A DNA stretch of 64,000 nt, from assembly GCA_964610055.1 (NCBI GenBank), contig CAZSUC010000002.1, positions 18,283 to 82,282 on the forward strand, in the 5' to 3' direction. Made by a program: the position numbers and the translations under genes. Positions 54,732 through 62,945 of this stretch are shown here, piece by piece; within the stretch, counting starts at the first letter, position 1; the number at the start of each line of letters is the position of its first letter. The DNA comes from an uncultured Candidatus Saccharibacteria bacterium. Its GTDB lineage: Bacteria; Patescibacteriota; Andersenbacteria; UBA10190. The notes under the pieces were generated by a model. That model ran no database searches and was not told the DNA's origin. It saw only the letters and a program-made list of their open reading frames with translations.

Positions 54732-55865
54732 ATGGATTATGGAGCTAAAAGCGTAACGGAACATAAAAAAACCGGCGGAAAGATTGAAATTAAGAGTAAA
54801 ATGCCGGTCACAAATCGAGAAGAACTGTCAATTGCCTATACCCCCGGAGTAGCGGCAGTAAGTGCGGCGATACGAGATAATCCAGTAGAAGCGCGTGAAC
54901 TAATTGCAACGAAAAAAATGGTAGCAGTGGTCACAAACGGGACGGCAGTATTGGGACTAGGTAATATCGGGCCAGTGGCTGCTTTGCCGGTGATGGAAGG
55001 GAAGGCCGTATTATTTAAAGAGATGGCTGGGATTGATGCTTTCCCGATAGCAGTACAGGCTGACAGTGCGGAGGAGTTTGTAAAAATTGTCGCAGGATTT
55101 GCGCCTACTTTTGGAGGAATCAATTTAGAGGATATTGCGGCACCGGAGTGTTTCGAGATTGAACAGAGGCTACAGGAAATGATTGACATTCCGGTTTTTC
55201 ATGATGATCAGCATGGTACAGCGATTGTAGTGTTGGCGGGACTGATCAATGCTTTGAAAGTTGTGGCTAAGAATAAAACTGAAATTCGAGTGGTGGTCAG
55301 CGGAGTAGGGGCGGCTGGTACGGCGATTATTAAATTATTAGCTGCTTATGGTATTCGGCAGATTGTAGCGTGTGACAGTATGGGAGTAGTTTATGCTGGA
55401 CGCGAAGGGATGAACGCAGCGAAAGATAATTTATTGGAAATGATAAGTGCGGAAACAAGAGCCAGAAGTATGTCAGAAGCTTTAATAGATGCAGATGTGT
55501 TTATTGGTGTGTCGGCACCAAATATCTTAACAGCAGAAGAGGTTAAAAAAATGAATGAGAAGGCGATTGTTTTTGCTTTAGCTAATCCTGTTCCAGAGAT
55601 CATGCCGGAAGAGGCAAAAGCAGGAGGAGCGATGATTATAGGCACTGGCAGATCCGATTATCCAAACCAACTCAATAATGTATTAGCATTTCCGGGAGTA
55701 TTTAAAGGTTTATTGGAATCCGGAGCAAAAATAGTAACCAATGAAATGAAAATTAAGGCAGCGGAAGCTTTGGCGAATGTTGTGACTAAGCCGAGTGTAG
55801 AGGAAATTATTCCGACGCCTTTTGATGAGCGAGTGTTACCAGCGGTAAGCGAAGCGGTGAAATAA
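54732..55865 (+). CDS. NAD(P)-dependent malic enzyme
   Basis: AYTPGVA, GTAVLGLG, MEGKA, INLEDI, FHDDQHGTA, ANPVPEI; start ATG 54732. Confidence 0.95.
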   Translation: MDYGAKSVTEHKKTGGKIEIKSKMPVTNREELSIAYTPGVAAVSAAIRDNPVEARELIATKKMVAVVTNGTAVLGLGNIGPVAALPVMEGKAVLFKEMAGIDAFPIAVQADSAEEFVKIVAGFAPTFGGINLEDIAAPECFEIEQRLQEMIDIPVFHDDQHGTAIVVLAGLINALKVVAKNKTEIRVVVSGVGAAGTAIIKLLAAYGIRQIVACDSMGVVYAGREGMNAAKDNLLEMISAETRARSMSEALIDADVFIGVSAPNILTAEEVKKMNEKAIVFALANPVPEIMPEEAKAGGAMIIGTGRSDYPNQLNNVLAFPGVFKGLLESGAKIVTNEMKIKAAEALANVVTKPSVEEIIPTPFDERVLPAVSEAVK

Positions 55866-55966
55866 AGAAGTGGGAGTAAGAGAAACGGCTTCACTGATGA
55901 GAGTGAAGCCGTGAGCGGAGAAAGGTCGCACTGGTTAGTTTGTCAGGCCGAGGATGTAATATTAAG

Positions 55967-55995
55967 TTGACTAGATATACATATTGTTACATAAT
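55967..55995 (+). promoter_or_regulatory. sigma70-type promoter of the EamA cassette
   Basis: TTGACT-17 nt-CATAAT. Confidence 0.6.
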
Positions 55996-56054
55996 ATATA
56001 GTTACGTTGTTGTGACGTAACTTGAACATTGAAAACAGATTGCGAGGAGAGAAG

Positions 56055-56899
56055 ATGGCTGTTGTGCTGGTGTTGATTTATGCGATTTTTATGAGCACCT
56101 GGTGGGTGTTGATGAAATCTCTGATGAACAAGGGAGTACCGAATAATTTGATTAGAGCAGTATCTGGCATGGGAGCCGGTACATTGGTTATGTGGTCATG
56201 GTGGCAGGGGGAGGTAGAAAAAATTCCGTGGCAATTTTGGCCATGGTTTGCCGGGACTGTTAGCCTGAATGTTGCAATTGCTTTTGCTTACGTGAAAGCA
56301 ATGCAGAAAGAGGTGGCTTCAGTAGCAGTGCATGTCACGATGCTGGCTCCGATTTTAGCGATTGTTACGAGCTGGCTGCTAGGCGTTGATCATTGGCCGA
56401 GTAGTCTGACTTTAACTGGAATTACGGCGATAGCCAGCGGATTGTACGTTTTGCATTTCAATCCGCGAATGCACCAGAAGTTTCTTGATCCCCTAAGACG
56501 GCCGGATGCGCTATCCCAATTGATAAGCGGTTAGTGCTGATGACGAGTCCTACTTTGGCACCGGGAATGACATTGCTTCTTTCGTGGGGCGGTGTATACG
56601 CACTGCTTTCTTGGTGGAATCGATCTGAGTTCGGAGCAATATCTTGGCGTAAAGTATGGCTGCCGTTAGTAACTATGGGATTGGCGTTTGGTTTAGCGCA
56701 AGTTTTTCAGGGAGCTGCGTATTACTGGCAAGATGCGGCAGCGGTCGCCTCTCTCAAGCGTTTGGATGCGCCATTTACAGTGCTCTGGGCATGGATATTT
56801 TTTCGAGACACTGAAGCTGAGAACGGAAGCTTTTGCTTTCGAATCACAGGAAGCATGATCGTGTTTGTAGGGGCATTGTTGATTGGCCTCGGAAAGTAA
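56055..56899 (+). pseudogene. EamA/DMT transporter split by a frameshift or internal deletion near 56490-56500
   Basis: First repeat in one frame; the second frame reads AGCAIPIDKRLVLMTSP... from about 56500, apparently lacking most of that repeat's first TM. Confidence 0.7.
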
Positions 56900-56919
56900 G
56901 TTAGGAGTTTGTTTGTTCC

Positions 56920-56950
56920 AACAGCTAGCAGGATGCTAGCTGTTTTCTTT
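56920..56950 (+). terminator. intrinsic terminator
   Basis: AACAGCTAGCA-GGA-TGCTAGCTGTT then TTCTTT. Confidence 0.8.
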
Positions 56951-56956
56951 AGATGA

Positions 56957-57427
56957 CTAAACAATTAATAGTGCTGTGTTTATTTTAACGACTATTTTAG
57001 AGAGGGGAGCGGGATGTATTGGAGTGATTTTGGGCATGTGCGCTTCGCCCGGGAAAAAGATGGCAAACATGCCAGGGTTAAGAGTGAGAGATGGGGCTGA
57101 AGCAGGCGCGGAAAAAAGTGTGTAATCTTGTGTGGGATTGGACTCGGTTTGATGAGCGGTTAATTCTTGGACCGGAAGCCATTCAATGATTTCTTGGCCA
57201 GCGAGGCAATAATGAAGATCGATGTATTGGTGGTGAGATTCAAAGGAACATTGAGTACGAGGAAGCGTTTTAGTCTGGATGACGTTAGCATAAATATCGT
57301 GGTTGCGAATAGGGTATTCTCCGGGGTCGAGTGGGTGATAGTCTTTGAGCCAATTGAAAATTTCTATCCAAGTAGGCGAGCTGAGGATAAGATAGGTTTG
57401 AGGGTGATTGATATAGCTGATTAACAT
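56957..57427 (-). CDS. YhcH/YjgK/YiaL (NanQ-like) family protein
   Basis: FESHHQYIDLHY...G.EII, FAIFFPGEAHMP, KIVVKI. Confidence 0.9.
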   Translation of the reverse strand: MLISYINHPQTYLILSSPTWIEIFNWLKDYHPLDPGEYPIRNHDIYANVIQTKTLPRTQCSFESHHQYIDLHYCLAGQEIIEWLPVQELTAHQTESNPTQDYTLFSAPASAPSLTLNPGMFAIFFPGEAHMPKITPIHPAPLSKIVVKINTALLIV

Positions 57428-57465
57428 AGGTTAAATTAGAAGAAGCTAATATTTTTACTATATAT

Positions 57466-58281
57466 ATGAATCAAGAATTACGTAATCCAAAACGAGAACC
57501 AGTTGAAGTTGTGGCGTTAATTCCGGCGCGGGGTGGACAGCAAAGTGTGCCGTATAAAAATTTGCAGAAATTGGGTGGCAAGACTTTATTACAATGGGCG
57601 GTTGAGGTGGCGTTGGCAGCGGACAGTGTTGATGCGGTGATTGTTTCAACGGAAGATGAGCGGATTGCGGCAGAGGCGCGAGCGTTAGGGGCGATAGTGG
57701 CGCCGCGTCCGGCCGAATATTCGCAACCAACAAGCGGAGATGCTGGTTTTTATCAACACGCGGTAAAATGGATGGAGAGTGAGTATAGTTGGAAGCCGGA
57801 ATTTTTAGTTAATTTGCGTCCGACGAGTCCATTGCGTTTCGTGGAAGATGTTAACAAGATGGTGAAATACATAAAGGAGTCCGGAGCGGATGGAGTGAAG
57901 AGTGTTATTCCGGCACCGATTCATCCGTACAAGATGTGGCAATTTGCGAATGAAAACAATCTGTCAGTTGGAGAGGCGGGAGCTTTGAAACCGGTGTTTG
58001 ATAATGATTTTCGGCGAGAGAATGGTCCAGATCAACCACGGCAGAAGATTCAGGAAATGTTTCCGGTGTATTTTCAAGACGGGCAGGTTGATATTACGCG
58101 GCGTAAATTTATATTACGACCGGAGACGTTGGAACGGGAAAATGTATGGGGTCAAAATATTCATGGTTATGTGCTGGATCCACGAACCAGTACTGATTTA
58201 GACAACCCAGAAGATTATATTCGCGCCGAGAAAATTTATGCCATGTTAACAGAAGAACGGAGTCAGGATAAAACGAGATAA
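57466..58281 (+). CDS. neuA: acylneuraminate cytidylyltransferase (CMP-nonulosonate synthetase)
   Basis: ALIPARGG..VPYKN, VSTED, LRPTSPLR, DLDNPED. Confidence 0.92.
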   Translation: MNQELRNPKREPVEVVALIPARGGQQSVPYKNLQKLGGKTLLQWAVEVALAADSVDAVIVSTEDERIAAEARALGAIVAPRPAEYSQPTSGDAGFYQHAVKWMESEYSWKPEFLVNLRPTSPLRFVEDVNKMVKYIKESGADGVKSVIPAPIHPYKMWQFANENNLSVGEAGALKPVFDNDFRRENGPDQPRQKIQEMFPVYFQDGQVDITRRKFILRPETLERENVWGQNIHGYVLDPRTSTDLDNPEDYIRAEKIYAMLTEERSQDKTR

Positions 58282-58295
58282 GCGAAGTAATTGGT

Positions 58296-58574
58296 ATGGT
58301 TAAAATTGACGTAAAAATTATTACTGAAGATCCGTGGGAATTTGACGTGTCTTTGCATGAAGATGGATCGTTATTAGGTGAATATGTAGTGCATATGACA
58401 GCCGAAGATTATGAACATTACGGCGTGGAAGCCGATCCAAGTGAACTAATTGAAGGGACATTTAAGTTTTTATTAGATCGAGAAGACGTGCACATGATTC
58501 TGGCGGAGTTTAGTTTACCCGAAGTAGAAAAATATTTTCCGGAATATCCGGATATGGTGCCGGACTATTTATGA
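58296..58574 (+). CDS. small acidic hypothetical protein
   Basis: 92 aa; FKFLLDRE...IL.EF.L..V.KYFPEY looks like a conserved pattern. Confidence 0.75.
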   Translation: MVKIDVKIITEDPWEFDVSLHEDGSLLGEYVVHMTAEDYEHYGVEADPSELIEGTFKFLLDREDVHMILAEFSLPEVEKYFPEYPDMVPDYL

Positions 58575-58888
58575 CGACGAAGTCGCTGCTGTAATTTTTG
58601 AATTTCAGTAGGGCCACCTTTGATAGCTTGTTCAACTTGATTACGCATTTTAGCCGGCATGCGACTTAAAAGTCCGGTCATAACATGTTGAGCGGTTACT
58701 TTAGTTTGATTAGCAGCGCGAGCAGCTTCTTCGGCAGCACTTTCAAGTTCTTTTTTGACGCGACCGCGCAACATGGCGGGGATAGGTGCTTGTTGGAGCG
58801 CTTGGTTAATAGCAGTACGGGCAGAGTCTTCCCAAGTAAGATTTCCAGATGTGTTATTAGATTTATTTTTAGGCCAAATCTTAAGCAT
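58565..58888 (-). CDS. PCP_red-like small helical domain protein
   Basis: WEDSA...IPAMLRGRVKK..E..AR....VTAQHV; start ATG 58888. Confidence 0.65.
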   Translation of the reverse strand: MLKIWPKNKSNNTSGNLTWEDSARTAINQALQQAPIPAMLRGRVKKELESAAEEAARAANQTKVTAQHVMTGLLSRMPAKMRNQVEQAIKGGPTEIQKLQQRLRRHK

Positions 58889-58971
58889 ATGTTTGACAGT
58901 TAATGATGGATATGTTGGTACTATAACGGGCTTGCTTTGGGAGGGCAAGACTGTGGTATGATGATCATCCG

Positions 58972-59691
58972 ATGCAGCCAAGACACAAGACAATTTGGTT
59001 AGCTCAAGAGCCGCATAAATATATGCTGCGTCGAAGTCGACGAGCTCGTCAGCTTGCCATAAGAGTTGATGTGTGGCGTGGTATTGAAGTGGTGGTGCCG
59101 TGGCGAGTTCCGTATGTGGTGGCGCAAAAATTTGTGAGTGATAAACGAGGATGGCTAGAGGATAAGGTGAAGCAGTTGGAAATCTTACGCCGAGAAATCC
59201 CGCGTCGAAAATTGCGGTCAGGGGCGCGTTTGCCTTTGGCGGGACAAGAATGGCATTTGTATATTCATGAATTAGCAGATGGAGAAAGGTCGCGGATTAA
59301 AGAAGAAGGACGAGAGTTGCATTTGTTTGTGCCAATGGATCAAGAAGTCAGAACGATATTAGAAAGATGGTATCGACGTAAGGCGAGAGTATTTTTTGCA
59401 GAAGCAACCGCAGAGTATGCGAGCCAATTGCGTGTGAAGATAAAAAAAATTGTGATTAATGATCCTCATACTCAGTGGGGAAGCTGCTCATTTGATGGTA
59501 GATTGTCGTTTGGTTGGCGTTTAATGTTGGCACCGCGCAGAATTGGGCGGTATGTGGCAGCGCATGAAGTGGCGCATATTAAAAAACATGACCATAGTCC
59601 AGCTTTTTGGCGATTGGTTGGTCAATTAGATCCAGCGTATAAGGCACATCGTCAGTGGTTGAAGGAGCATGAACATACACTGGTGTTATAA
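58972..59691 (+). CDS. YgjP/DUF45 family zinc metallopeptidase-like protein
   Basis: RRSRRA, QWGSCS, YVAAHEVAH..HDHSPAFW. Confidence 0.92.
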   Translation: MQPRHKTIWLAQEPHKYMLRRSRRARQLAIRVDVWRGIEVVVPWRVPYVVAQKFVSDKRGWLEDKVKQLEILRREIPRRKLRSGARLPLAGQEWHLYIHELADGERSRIKEEGRELHLFVPMDQEVRTILERWYRRKARVFFAEATAEYASQLRVKIKKIVINDPHTQWGSCSFDGRLSFGWRLMLAPRRIGRYVAAHEVAHIKKHDHSPAFWRLVGQLDPAYKAHRQWLKEHEHTLVL

Positions 59692-59715
59692 ACAGATACG
59701 GCGAAAGCAAAACAT

Positions 59716-59749
59716 ATACCGCGCTACCAATGATTTGAGAGCGCGGTAT
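59716..59749 (-). terminator. hairpin downstream of 59779..59979 (probable terminator)
   Basis: ATACCGCGCT/AGCGCGGTAT 10-bp stem; ATGTTTTG follows on the minus strand. Confidence 0.6.
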
Positions 59750-59778
59750 TGTCACCTCCAACAAAATATCATTAAACT

Positions 59779-59979
59779 TTACATGCCCTGCGTGGCGTTG
59801 TCGTCAGAAGCAGGGGCGACTGGTGTTTCAGGAGATACTGGTGCGACTGGTTCAGCTGGCATTTCTGGCGCAACAGGCGCAGTTGGTTCAGCCGGAGTAG
59901 CGGGCATTTCATCAGGCATAACTGGAGGAGTTGTAGTTTCTTCTGAGTTATTGTCATCATGTTTCCCAAATCCGAACAT
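59779..59979 (-). CDS. small acidic Pro/Ala/Glu-rich repeat protein
   Basis: AAAGGAGGTG SD before ATG 59979; EMPA/EP.APV.P repeats. Confidence 0.7.
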   Translation of the reverse strand: MFGFGKHDDNNSEETTTPPVMPDEMPATPAEPTAPVAPEMPAEPVAPVSPETPVAPASDDNATQGM

Positions 59980-60035
59980 GATAATCACCTCCTTTCTGAA
60001 ATATAGACTCTAATAATTTAAGTGTATAAGAATGT

Positions 60036-60248
60036 ATGGTTGAGTGGAAGGATACCAGATTTTTATTTGCGGCCTTAGGGATGATTTTAGCTATGATTGT
60101 GGTGACGATCGTGAGATTAAATATTCCAGAAGAGTCGGAAACTATGATGGCTAACGAAACTAGAGCAACGGTGGGGGCGGGTGGATTGGCAAAGGCGTTT
60201 CCTGCAACTCGGGTCGTGGCGCCTCGAAATCCATTTGTCAAAAAATAA
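60036..60248 (+). CDS. small membrane protein, hypothetical
   Basis: 70 aa with one N-terminal TM. Confidence 0.5.
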   Translation: MVEWKDTRFLFAALGMILAMIVVTIVRLNIPEESETMMANETRATVGAGGLAKAFPATRVVAPRNPFVKK

Positions 60249-60270
60249 ATTCAGGATAAGTATATAGCAT

Positions 60271-60828
60271 ATGTTGGGCATGACTGATATTCGTAAAGGA
60301 AAAGTGATTGTCTGGGAAGACGAGCCTTTTGTGGTGGTTTCAGCGGAATTTTTGCGAAAACAAAAAACTCGGCCAGTGATGCGGACTATTCTGAAGCATT
60401 TGGTTACAGGTGCGACTAAAGAGCATTCTTTTCATCAGTCGGATAAAGTAGCGGAAGCAGATGTCGAGCGTAAGCAGGTGCAATATTTGTATGCAAATAA
60501 TGATCGATATGTGTTTATGGACTTAGCGACTTATGAGCAAATTGAGCTGGAGGACAAAATCGTAGGAGACCAAGCAGAGTATTTGTTAGAAGGAGAAAAT
60601 GTGGAAGTATTAACATTTGAAGGCAATCCAGTTATGGTGGAGTTGCCGATTAAGGTGAAACGTCGGGTTGTAGAATCGCCGCCGGGAGTGCGAGGGGATA
60701 CTTCGACAAATGTAATGAAAGATGCCGTTTTAGAAGGTGGAGTGAAAGCAAAAGTACCATTATTTGTCAGTGAAGGGGATACTATTGTTTTGGATACGCG
60801 AACTGGAACTTACGTGGAGAGAGTATAA
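60271..60828 (+). CDS. efp: elongation factor P
   Basis: DIRKG, QYLY, FMD..TYEQ, PGVRGDT, VPLFV..GD.I..DTRTG.YVER. Confidence 0.95.
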   Translation: MLGMTDIRKGKVIVWEDEPFVVVSAEFLRKQKTRPVMRTILKHLVTGATKEHSFHQSDKVAEADVERKQVQYLYANNDRYVFMDLATYEQIELEDKIVGDQAEYLLEGENVEVLTFEGNPVMVELPIKVKRRVVESPPGVRGDTSTNVMKDAVLEGGVKAKVPLFVSEGDTIVLDTRTGTYVERV

Positions 60829-60891
60829 GAGCCCTTGCGATAAATTGAGGGGGTTGTATGGTAAAAAAGCCAATCATTAAATAATGATATT

Positions 60892-61746
60892 ATGGCTGCA
60901 CAAATTAAACAGAGAGAAGAAACAATTTTAGCGCAATATTTACGTGAAATGGCGACAACGCCATTGTTAACGGCTGAGCAAGAACAGGAATTAGCGCGAC
61001 AATATCAAGAGGGGCGAAGTGAGGTAGCCCGACAAGCACTAATGAAAGCTAATTTGAGGTTAGTGGTAAGTGTGGCTAAGAGGTATGCACCGAGTCATGA
61101 TCAAGATTTGTTAATGGATCTAATTCAGGAAGGGAACATCGGTTTAATGAAAGCAGTGGAGCGGTTTATGCCGGGACGAGAAACTAGATTTTCAACTTAT
61201 GGAGTTTATTGGATTAAGCAGGCGATTTTGAGAGCCTTGAAATCGCGTCGGATTGTGAGATTGCCAGAAAATGTTGTGGACCGAGTACTGGAAATACAGC
61301 GGGTTAAGCAAAAACTGTATCAATGGTTAGGGCGAGAGCCGTTGGCTGAAGAGATAGGTAAGGAAATGAATTTGCCGGTACGGGAGATTAGACGTCTGGA
61401 GGAGGTTTCGGGAGATGTGGTGTCTTTGGATCAAGTTGTAAGAGGTGATGTGGAAAGTGATATGACATTATTAAAAGATGTGTTGGAGGATAAAGAAGCT
61501 CCACAACCCGAGCGAGAGGCAAAAGATAATATGATGCAGGATATTGTGGGGCGAGCGGTTGAAGCTTTGCCTGAGCGGGAGAGAAAGATTTTAGAAATGA
61601 GATTTGGATTATCAGATAATGAACCTAAGACTTTAGAGGAAATAGGTGATCGTTTTGGCATTAGTCGAGAACGTGTGCGTCAATTACAAAATTCAGCTTT
61701 ATATCGTTTACGCAGACGTCAGGCGATCCAGCGGGCGTACAGATAG
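60892..61746 (+). CDS. RpoD/SigA-like sigma-70 factor without region 1.1
   Basis: ANLRLVVSVAKRY, DLIQEGNIGLMKAV, FSTY..YWIKQ, TLEEIG..SRERVRQ. Confidence 0.93.
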   Translation: MAAQIKQREETILAQYLREMATTPLLTAEQEQELARQYQEGRSEVARQALMKANLRLVVSVAKRYAPSHDQDLLMDLIQEGNIGLMKAVERFMPGRETRFSTYGVYWIKQAILRALKSRRIVRLPENVVDRVLEIQRVKQKLYQWLGREPLAEEIGKEMNLPVREIRRLEEVSGDVVSLDQVVRGDVESDMTLLKDVLEDKEAPQPEREAKDNMMQDIVGRAVEALPERERKILEMRFGLSDNEPKTLEEIGDRFGISRERVRQLQNSALYRLRRRQAIQRAYR

Positions 61747-61772
61747 ACATAAGACCGTGTTATAGTGACTGC

Positions 61773-62945
61773 ATGACAGTCCGTAATAAGTTTTTATGGG
61801 GAGCAGCGACGAGTGCTTATCAGGTAGAGGGGAATAATATACATAGTGACTGGTATCACTGGGAGAAAAAGCAAGTTAATCAAGCAAGATCCGGGAAAGC
61901 AGCAGGACATTATGAGCGTTTTCGGGATGATTTTGTGTTAGCGCGACAGTTAGGGCATAATGCTCATCGCTTTTCGTTAGAATGGGCACGCTTAGAGCCG
62001 GCAGAAGGTGAATGGAATGAGGAAGCGGTGCAGCATTATCGTGAGGTTTTATTGGCGTTACGACAAAACGGATTAGAGCCATTAGTAACTTTGTATCACT
62101 TTACGTTACCGCAATGGGTGGCGGAGCGAGGAGGCTGGCAAAATCCGCAAACTATTCATTGGTTTGCGCGGTATGTTGAGCGTATAGTTGAGGCGCTAAA
62201 GGACCAAGCGGACTTTTGGATCACAATCAATGAGCCAACTGTTTATACGGATCAGGCGTATTTTAAGGGAAATTGGCCGCCGGCGAGAAGATCATGGTAT
62301 CGCACATGGAAAGTAATAAATAATTTGATTCGAGCGCATCAAGTGACTTATAAAATTATTCATCGTCAGCAACCGCAAGCGAGAGTAGGAATTGCAAAGC
62401 ATTTTATTTGTTTTTCTCCCGAGCAAAATAGATGGGCAGACAAGTTATTAGCGGTGATACAAAGAAAAGTTTTTAACCGATATTTTTTGGAACAGACGCG
62501 AGGAACCCATGATTTTATCGGGGTGAACTATTATTTTAGCGCTACGCGACATTGGGATTGGAAAAGTTGGCGAGTTGTCACAACTCCAACTGTCGAGGCG
62601 GTTTCTGATATGGGGTGGGCACTTAATCCAGAAGGATTAACGGCTGTTTTAATGGAAGCCAAGAGATATAAGCGGCCAATTTATATTACAGAGAATGGAA
62701 TTGCTGATGCTAAAGATAACCGGAGAGGAGAATTTTTACGGTCGCATTTGCGAGCAGTAGAAGCAGCGCAAGCGCGCGGGGCTGATGTGCGAGGATATTT
62801 TTATTGGTCGTTATTAGATAATTTTGAATGGCGGTATGGGTTTAAGCCGAGGTTTGGTTTAATTGAGATTGATTACGACACAATGCAAAGGCGAATTCGT
62901 CCGTCGGCATATGTTTATCGTGCGATTATTGAGCAAGGGAAATAA
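61773..62945 (+). CDS. glycoside hydrolase family 1 (beta-glucosidase-like)
   Basis: WGAATSAYQVEG, TINEP, YITENG, WSLLDNFEW. Confidence 0.95.
   Translation: MTVRNKFLWGAATSAYQVEGNNIHSDWYHWEKKQVNQARSGKAAGHYERFRDDFVLARQLGHNAHRFSLEWARLEPAEGEWNEEAVQHYREVLLALRQNGLEPLVTLYHFTLPQWVAERGGWQNPQTIHWFARYVERIVEALKDQADFWITINEPTVYTDQAYFKGNWPPARRSWYRTWKVINNLIRAHQVTYKIIHRQQPQARVGIAKHFICFSPEQNRWADKLLAVIQRKVFNRYFLEQTRGTHDFIGVNYYFSATRHWDWKSWRVVTTPTVEAVSDMGWALNPEGLTAVLMEAKRYKRPIYITENGIADAKDNRRGEFLRSHLRAVEAAQARGADVRGYFYWSLLDNFEWRYGFKPRFGLIEIDYDTMQRRIRPSAYVYRAIIEQGK

Noticed and set aside
55890-55930. CTGATGAG plus nearby GAAA resembling a hammerhead ribozyme core
   Set aside because: CTGATGAG lies in a simple hairpin loop; I could not build stems I-III around the core.
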